A stretch of 62,426 nucleotides of DNA, counting the filler. It is 4 parts of 4 records of this genome, joined end to end, with 100 filler letters (N's around TTAATTAATTAA, not from the genome) between each part and the next. Parts side by side here need not be neighbours in the genome. Positions count along the whole stretch, not along the records: positions 50,465 to 62,426 come from SRR20825019_825; 3 more parts are not named here. The stretch is one strand, 5' to 3'. This document shows, in pieces, positions 55,254 to 62,426 of this stretch. A program made the position numbers and the translations under genes. Under the pieces are notes generated by a model. The model was not told the origin of the DNA, did no database searches, and was given only the letters and a program-made list of their open reading frames with translations. Each line of letters starts with the position of its first letter. Positions within the stretch are counted from its first letter, which is position 1.

Positions 55254-57449
55254 TTATATGTGCATTACATTGGGGTCCGCAGGTAAGCGTACCCAAAAGT
55301 ACGTCACGATATCATAGTTATTCCTATACTCTGGGAACCATCTGAAAAGGTTGTTGATAAGGAAAGCGTACAGAATGACACCGAGGAACAAAAATCGAAA
55401 AGGCACCAAATGTGTCACAAGGGCGGCACACCAAAGAAGAGCGATGAACTTTTTTGTGAGGTCCGGGTTTTGCCATGTCAGGAGAGCCTTCGCTTTCAAC
55501 ATCATGACTGCCGCTTCGCGAAGATGGCGTTGAATTAGATTGAGGAGAGAAAAGAACCCACTGTTGTCTTTTTTCTTTCCAGTTGCAACAGTTACTATCA
55601 CCGCGGAGTCTGATATCCCCAGAACATGCTTGCGGAACCCGTACCACATAAGGTACATTGCGAAAACTACCAGGAGGATGCTCAGCCAGCTGTCCAGGAC
55701 ATTCAGCCACACCCCTGTTAGCAACAGGACAAAGAGAGCCAGTCCTGCAATAAAATTTTCCCACGTTATTGCGGCCACTAGGGGGTCCAGAGCTTCCTTC
55801 AACTCCTCAACCAAGACAACTATTGTTTCTGAGTCTTGGCTCATCGTCTTGTAGTTCAAACTACCGACGGATGTGCCTGCCGAGTCCCCATTCCCCGCGA
55901 TGGTACCCACAAAAGTTTTCCACTGCTTGTCCCAGAATCCTTCTTTTTCGTTGTTGTTGATCAGGTACTCGTTACCACCGCCCCCATAATTTATGGAGGG
56001 CAGGAGGGCCATGACGATGCGCCCGTTCGCCTTTTGTACCGCCGAGAGAAGAAGGAGGGAGTGTGCAGCAATGACCACACACGCGGGCAAGCCAGCCGAG
56101 ACGGCACCACCCCGATTCATAGCATCCCATGCTGATGTCATCTCCAAATTTCGGCCATCTTCAGCTTCTCCATTCTGTTGAACATCACCAATACCCATGC
56201 TTGCAAGCATTATCGATCGGGACTCTCTGCTGTCAACGGAGCATCTGGACGTAGCCGCTTTGGTGAATTTTCTGATTGACTGCTGCCAAGACTGCAAAAC
56301 GTTCGCCACAATAGGATTATTTCGATGAATCTCCGTTTTTTCTGTTGAGGACCGCCGTGAGGCAAGGGTTTGCCGCTGAGGAGACATTATCGCATGAGGC
56401 GGCGCATCGTTTGGATCATGCTCTCGGAGGTCACGGTCCACACTCACCCCCGCCCCCTCAGCCTCATTGCTCCCAGCGTCCGTGCTTCGGCTGCGAACCC
56501 CCAGGCGCTTGCGAAGCCACGACCTTTTCCTTGGCTTTTCTAAAGGATTCATGGACACCGTACGGGCATAGTTGTACGCCGAGAGCATTTCAGCAATATA
56601 AAGATACCATCCATCACGGTCACCAATAAACTGAATAACCTTCCTCCTCTGTGGCTCAATATTCCCACTTTCATCTCTTGGTTCCCAAATCAACTCTATT
56701 GCGTTATCCAAGATCCTAGGCCGGACCTTTTCAATGGCCTTTATAGAGGCGAGAGGCAAACAGAATGACTTCTGGTCTTGGCTAACACCAAGAATATTTG
56801 CCTCGAAAACAAGGTGTGCATCCGAAAGGTACACGGCCCCTGGAGAGCCAATGGACTTGACGGCATCAGTCACATCGACTGCCCCAATTGTGTGCTTCAA
56901 CAGAACCTCATCACAACCTAGGGCCCTTCGCGTTTTAACCTCTTCCCATTTGGGTTTTCGGGAATGAGTGTCCTTCAGTGCACCAACATACTTTATGAAG
57001 TCCTTATACTGCAGTGTCTTTCGGTTATTCTGGAGGAGGCCATCGAACACATGCTCACAATTCGTGTCCAGCGATAGAAGCATCAAAGGAGAATACTTGC
57101 AAAAGGCTTCCTTAGTAACCAGCTGCTCTCCCTCGCGTCGTAGGGACTCTACCATAATGGCAAACGCAAGCCTGGGGAACTCAAATATGAACCTAGGGTT
57201 CTCAAAAATCGACCTGCATATTACAAAATCTTCAAAGTTCAACTCCACATAACTGGAGAGACCACTCTTCCACCGCACACGTTCTCCACCTTCCTCTTCA
57301 AGAGCATTTCTATATTCAGCCTCTAAGGACCCAAGTTTAAGCCCAGTCACGTCTGCGCACTGCCTCATCACAGTTTCTCTCCAATCTTTGCGAATCATTC
57401 GCGCTCCGCGGATAACGGACCTCCATTCTGAGTCCCAGTCACCAGACAT
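55254..57449 (-). CDS. GRAM-domain protein with C-terminal membrane hairpins (GRAMD4/PRT_C/DUF639-like)
   Basis: GAVYLSDAHLVFEANILG..CLPLASIKAIEK is GRAM-like; two long hydrophobic blocks with LLTWQNP..LVPFR..FWVRLP at the C-terminus. Confidence 0.7.
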   Translation of the reverse strand: MSGDWDSEWRSVIRGARMIRKDWRETVMRQCADVTGLKLGSLEAEYRNALEEEGGERVRWKSGLSSYVELNFEDFVICRSIFENPRFIFEFPRLAFAIMVESLRREGEQLVTKEAFCKYSPLMLLSLDTNCEHVFDGLLQNNRKTLQYKDFIKYVGALKDTHSRKPKWEEVKTRRALGCDEVLLKHTIGAVDVTDAVKSIGSPGAVYLSDAHLVFEANILGVSQDQKSFCLPLASIKAIEKVRPRILDNAIELIWEPRDESGNIEPQRRKVIQFIGDRDGWYLYIAEMLSAYNYARTVSMNPLEKPRKRSWLRKRLGVRSRSTDAGSNEAEGAGVSVDRDLREHDPNDAPPHAIMSPQRQTLASRRSSTEKTEIHRNNPIVANVLQSWQQSIRKFTKAATSRCSVDSRESRSIMLASMGIGDVQQNGEAEDGRNLEMTSAWDAMNRGGAVSAGLPACVVIAAHSLLLLSAVQKANGRIVMALLPSINYGGGGNEYLINNNEKEGFWDKQWKTFVGTIAGNGDSAGTSVGSLNYKTMSQDSETIVVLVEELKEALDPLVAAITWENFIAGLALFVLLLTGVWLNVLDSWLSILLVVFAMYLMWYGFRKHVLGISDSAVIVTVATGKKKDNSGFFSLLNLIQRHLREAAVMMLKAKALLTWQNPDLTKKFIALLWCAALVTHLVPFRFLFLGVILYAFLINNLFRWFPEYRNNYDIVTYFWVRLPADPNVMHI

Positions 57450-57539
57450 AGCTCGCTTTCAACTTTCACTTCTTTCGCAGCTATCCAGCTAAACACATAC
57501 TTGTTTCTTATCTTCTCAGTCCTGTGCCTTTTACCTTCA

Positions 57540-58330
57540 GGCGGCCCACTGACAGTGAGGGCGGGTGCCGGGGAGTCTATTAGGGCTCGACTGGCCGGCG
57601 GCTGGACCACCGCCGGCGTAGGTCCGCCGATGGGCGTGCGCGTCGCACCGGGAGGGCGCCTCGAGGCCGGGGCCGCCGGGGCCGCCGCCGTTCAGTGACG
57701 TGACTGACCGCCCGGTCGGGCGCCGGGAGCCGGCACGGGCGGGCCCGGCGGGCCGGGCCGCCCCTCGAGCCCCGGTCCAGTCCGTCACTCCCTGACGACC
57801 GGACTGGGACCGGACCGGACGGCCGTTAGTGATGATGAGGGTCGGCACATGGCGGGACGGGACTGCGCGGGGTCGGTCCCGGGGGGCCGGGCCCCCGCCC
57901 GGATCGCGGGTGGCAGCCGGCCCCGCCAAGGACTGGAGTCGCGGGGGTCGGGGTGTCCTCAGGCGCGTGTGGCTGGCAGGGAGTGGCACGATCGACTCGC
58001 TGAAGGATTTGTCGGTCAGGGACCGGCTACCGGGCTCACAGGCCGGCATGCATCCCACAATGAGGTGAGTGATGAGTCAGCGGCGGGGCCCCGCCGGCCC
58101 GCGCCGCCGGGGTGGGCCGAGGCCATACGTATGGGCCCCAGGCCCGCCGGCGCGCCGCGCGTGGCGGGGGCGGCCGGCCGGCGCCCGAGGCACCGGCACT
58201 CACGGCCCCGAGGGTCAGGTGGCACGGAGCCGCAACAGCGGCCGGGTTCAGTTGCCGGGGGCTGACACCGTCCGGGATGGCCCTGGCGGACGGGGATGAG
58301 AATCAATTCGGCGTGTCGTGGCCCGACTAG
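57540..58330. promoter_or_regulatory. GC island between divergent genes
   Basis: Same signature as in contig 1, between the GRAM gene and the ceramidase-like gene. Confidence 0.5.
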
Positions 58331-58471
58331 GGACTAGGGAGCCGCTGCGGACTGAGGGTGAGTTGTGCGTCTCACCGCAAAGTCGAGTGAAGCATAGGCA
58401 GGCATAAGAACATGGTGAAAATAGGTGTGTTCCGAGACTAGAAATTGTAGTGGTTATCCTTCTTGCTTGCG

Positions 58472-59295
58472 ATGTCCTTTGTGTACAGGGCTGCCGCCGT
58501 AGCAAGCGATGCCATTCACGTGTTCATGCGCCGCTATTTGATCCATCCGGAATATTCGCGTTACGGACTGCAAGAGTTTTATTGCTCAATTACATGCTTC
58601 GCCTTCCTGATCGTTGGTACGGAAAGTGATATCCCTCACACCCAGAAGAATAACTATGAGCACAGGCCTTGCGGGGCGAAAGTCACTAGGTTCCAGAAGG
58701 AACAGCCACTTCTATGACGGTTTCACTGGCATGGTTGTATTGTCTGCTACTGGTTTCTTGTGGCATAGCACCAAAGTATTGTTTAGATCTTGAGTATGGC
58801 TGATTTGACTTCCAACACCTGATTTCATAGGTATGGCCCTTTCACTTCGTTGATCGGATGGCAACTGTCGGGGTGTATGCTATTGTCTTGTTTTCTATTT
58901 TGAAGATTGGAGCTTCCTTCGGAAAGAGCTTGTATGTTGATAAGAATACGAGACAGCTTTTTACCGGTGTCTCTGTAGTTTGCATGGTGCTGGCTCCTAT
59001 TGACGTGAGTATCCGGACCCAACTGATGCTTATCCGTGCTTAATATATTATACCGCAGAAATTTGTCACGCTAATTAATCTTTCATACTTGGGAATGATT
59101 GTTATTGTTTTGGGGTACATATACGGGAGGTACTACGTCGTTGGAGTAGAGGTATGAGTATTCGCGAACGGCCCATATGTGTCAAGAAGTTCTGAGAAGG
59201 CACATGTGTAGGTGTTGCTTTATCTCTTTGCGGTGTTCTTGTTCTTTACTACAGGGTTCCTGGTTGTCATCAGTCGGGTGGGATCACAGAAGTAA
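58472..59295 (+). CDS. Multi-pass membrane protein resembling a degenerate alkaline ceramidase/CREST-family member; four introns
   Basis: YGLQEFYCSITCFAFLIVG (compare AEFWNTISN), TGFLWHST, FVDRM and APIDK. The C-terminal HxxxH motif is absent. Confidence 0.5.
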
Positions 59296-59587
59296 GGAAG
59301 GGCGTTGCTGAAGTCGATTCCACGCTTATGCTTCCTTGTTAGCCTCAGGTTCTACCACGCCATGTCGCACGTAGCCGCATCTATGGGTTTCCATTTGTGA
59401 GTGATTGTGGTGAAACATGAATCTTATTGGAGCTTAATATTTGTTAAGGCTTCTAGTGTTTTGTGCATTGGTTGAGGATAGTCTCCGTCCGCTCTTATTC
59501 AAGTTCGGAGTAGTTCCTTACACCATTGCTGTCAGACCCAATAAGCCAAGCGGCAGTTTGTCATAGAATCAGTAGAGTCTTTGGATG

Positions 59588-60758
59588 TTATGCTTGGTCG
59601 CGGATTTGGTGATTAAAAATAGGAGTCGACTCTAGCGGAAGGTTAGCTCGTGAGAGCTGGTCATGTGGAGTGGGTAGCGATGTCTCAGGGCTGGCGCTCG
59701 GACCTGACAACCTTGTTAGCCGCATGATCACCTCCTCAAGTTTCTTCTTTCTCTCCTTTGCACTCTCAGTCGACGTAACTTCCGGAGGGATGAGGGTCGT
59801 CCTCGGGGAAGTGTGCATCGTTGGATTAGGGCTTATCGTTGCTGTCTCTGCGTCAGCGTTCTCCAAACTCCTATGGGGTGAAGAGCTAGCAGGTTCATTA
59901 TGCGATTGGGAAGTCGACGGAGACATTGCACCGGACATGCTTAGGGAACTCAGCATCACCTCGGCACTCATGGACGGTTGAGGCAAGATTATGTTGCTCC
60001 TGTTAACCATAGCCTCGGCATGTGAATCATCTTCAAGCTCTGCTTCATCATCCTTTTGCTCCTGCTTCCCGACATTTTCGGAGGGTTCGTTGCGATAGGC
60101 TTCCAATTGACTCTCCTTGCCAAGAAACACTTTTGCAAATGCCTTCCTCCATTGGTCCAGCTCCGGTGGATAGAGGAAAGAGTTCTCCCTGGCCTCTTTA
60201 GACTCATCTAATAGAGTGTAAATTAGCTCAAAATATCTCTATCACAAAATAAGAAGTCTTACCATAGAGCAGGCCGTCCTGAATATTTCCGTGAGAAGCG
60301 TTCAACGCACCATTTCCACCGCTGCTTTCACTAGGCTTGTTCCCACGTACCGGCCGATCTCTCCACGGAAGCTCAATGTCCATTTTCACCTTCGGACGTG
60401 TTGGTCCCTCAGTAAATGACGCTGAACCGGAAAGGCTTCTTTGGGAGCTGCGTGGCTGGCTAGACGCTCGCCTCCTGGTCCCACGTGCATCAGCAAAAGG
60501 CCCAGCCTCGGGTAATAAGACACTTGTGTGCATCTTCACACCCCCATTCTTGCCACTTCTAGACTTACGACCCTTGTTTCCATGGAAGGCTTGGTACTCT
60601 CGTAGGTGACCCAGCGAAGGTTTAAGCAGAGATGTCCTTGATCGAGACTGCATGTCATCATGGGAGCGTCTCAAGTGAGTCGCCCATGATGCATCATTAT
60701 CACTGCCAAACATCAAGGGTGTTTTTAAACTGAAGCGCCAACTCCACGGTGAGGCCAT
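59588..60758 (-). CDS. Hypothetical Ser/Pro-rich, largely disordered protein (one intron near 60209-60261)
   Basis: Two same-strand ORFs can be joined in frame through a GTAAGA..ATTAG intron; a GC island lies upstream. Confidence 0.55.
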
Positions 60759-61546
60759 ATCAGTCAGTATTCCTTGATACTAGTATGTCGGGGTAAACCT
60801 TTCATGTCTGTAAAGCAAGAAAACGGACCGCCCTGAATTCACGTTGTTGGCGTGACCGCTGGAGAGTCCATGGTCGGAGGATCGGTTTGGCAGGGCCACT
60901 CGCGCCACCACCGCGCGGTGGCTGTGCCGCGCCCGGGCGGGCCGCCAGCCGGACGGCGGCCGGTCATCCGGACCGGTCAGCATGATCACTGGTGGGCAAA
61001 TGAACTTCAAAGCCAATCGGTGGTGATCGACCTCGATACCGGCCCGCCGCACCAGATGAGAAACCGCTCTGCACGACATTGCCCCCCGTTTGGGATTTTT
61101 ATCGAGCGATCGGATTGTGAGATTATTGCCAGGCCCGGTGGCGCGGGGGCGGCCGGCCAGCCGCGCCCCGCCCCGACCGGCCCTCACCCGGATGAGTGCG
61201 GACTCGGCTTCGCGTCAGCCACCTGGCTCGCTCACCAGCCACGCCCATCCACAACTGAGGTTGGTTATTTCGGTAGTGGTACTTACTGACTGGTTACCAA
61301 CAACACTCACTGACGACAGCACTGCCCACACCCGGTACCAAAGACCTCCAGACCTCGTGGGCTCAGTGGGCCAGTCTCATCCGCAGTCAGGCAATGGCCG
61401 TGCGAGTCCGCACGGCCGGGCTCAAGGCTGCCTGGACTGTCCGGACCGGGGGCCGGGCGTCCCCGGGGCCGGCCGCCCTGAGCAACGCCCCGTCAGTCAG
61501 AAGTTCTCACTGGAAGTTCAATACACGGACTTTCTTGTGAGTACTT

Positions 61547-62426
61547 ATGTCTCCTCCAGTAGGTTCCCCTACTTGAGCACAGAGTCTGTCGTAGTATGTC
61601 AGCACAGCACCATCCTAGCACAGGCTCTCAAGATAGTGGGTTTGCACCAACAGTGAGCAGACTGATCTGATACTAACTCAAACTATCACTGATGTTGTGT
61701 CTATCTTAGAGTGAAGGGAAGGCAACAGTTGGAGTGCATGAAGCCTACTGTCCCCCAGAATATAGGGCGTTTGTGCCCACTACAGAAGTCTTTGTGATTG
61801 ATGCTCACGTTGGGAGAACAAACAAAGGTAGTGACTTTCGGGGACATATCTTCTCCGTCTTACACATTGAACAGATAAGACGTGGATCGTTGTTCTCACG
61901 AAAACGCACTATTACAAAGTCGAGTCTGCGTCGCCGTATAAGATGGCATGGAGAAAGGATCTGAGAGAAGTGAACTCCGTAGAGCGTTTAGAAAGTGACC
62001 CAATGGTGCTCAGACACTACTACAAGGAGTTTGGGTTGGTGGCGGCTTCAAAGAAGGTGCTGGGAGGGCAAAAAGGGTTTCAGGAGAGAGACTTTGTATT
62101 CCAAGACGAACAGAGACTGGAAGATTGGATGCTGGCCATCAATAAGTGTCTGCGAGACGTGTGGCAACTAGAGTTTGAAAGTAAGGCTTTAGGAATTGCA
62201 ACTCCTCACTTGACTGACAGTGTTGATAGCACATATTATCCCCGAGCCGGAGATGTACCAATGGCATGGAGACCTCATGAAAGTTAACAGAAAAGGCAAG
62301 AAACAGGAGAGAATGCTGGTCCTGTCGAACGAGAAGCTCTACAATGTTGACACAAGAGCATTCGTGTCAACACATGATCACAAGGAGAAGGATAAGGAAA
62401 AAGAAAAAGAAAAAGAAAAAGAAAAA
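61547..62426 (+). CDS. Partial protein with PH-like (myosin-I TH1-like) repeats, truncated at window end; start uncertain
   Basis: WIVVLTKTHYYKV..ERDFVF..LEDWMLAINKCL and MKVNRKGKKQERMLVLSNEKLYNVD; ends in a KEKE repeat. Confidence 0.55.

Noticed and set aside
62384-62426. (GAAAAA)n terminal repeat
   Set aside because: Explained as a coding KEKE tract where the assembly or window ends.

Overview
This window is not one locus. It is four unrelated contigs joined by artificial 100-nt N-linkers carrying TTAATTAATTAA (28650-28749, 41845-41944, 50365-50464). Contigs 1 (1-28649) and 4 (50465-62426) come from a gene-dense microbial eukaryote, probably the same organism, with ~50-60 nt GT-AG introns, very short 3' intergenic gaps and extremely GC-rich islands at the 5' end of almost every gene. 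They encode an alpha-carbonic anhydrase with a huge charged extension, a Ser/Thr dehydratase, an RWP-RK factor, a head-to-head pair of paralogous Cys-rich membrane proteins, an AASDH-like NRPS module fused to ankyrin repeats, a DUF1647-like protein, two ferredoxins, a Sec14 protein, a hidden 76-aa HDEL protein, a multi-SAM protein, MMAB, a multi-Rid protein, DNA polymerase eta, a GRAM-TM protein and a degenerate alkaline ceramidase-like protein. Contig 2 (28750-41844) is an AT-rich Flavobacteriaceae-like fragment: an AOS/SPT-like acyltransferase end, a YghO/bCerS-like GNAT, YfhO, GT4, uvrA, an ECF sigma with a 50-aa ORF, nth, bcp, and a candidate sigma54-driven small RNA. Contig 3 (41945-50364) is an alphaproteobacterial (Rhodospirillales-like) fragment: tldD, then a TPR/beta-barrel (Slam-like), FecR and CHASE2 adenylate cyclase operon, then tandem threonine aldolases. 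The best candidates for novel systems are the Slam-FecR-CHASE2 cyclase trans-envelope module, the sigma54 sRNA and 3'UTR sharing a UUUUUUGGUUGGUU motif, the A-T-ankyrin NRPS-like protein, and the GC-island promoter architecture. All family calls are by motif recognition; no searches were run, and taxonomic labels are inferences.
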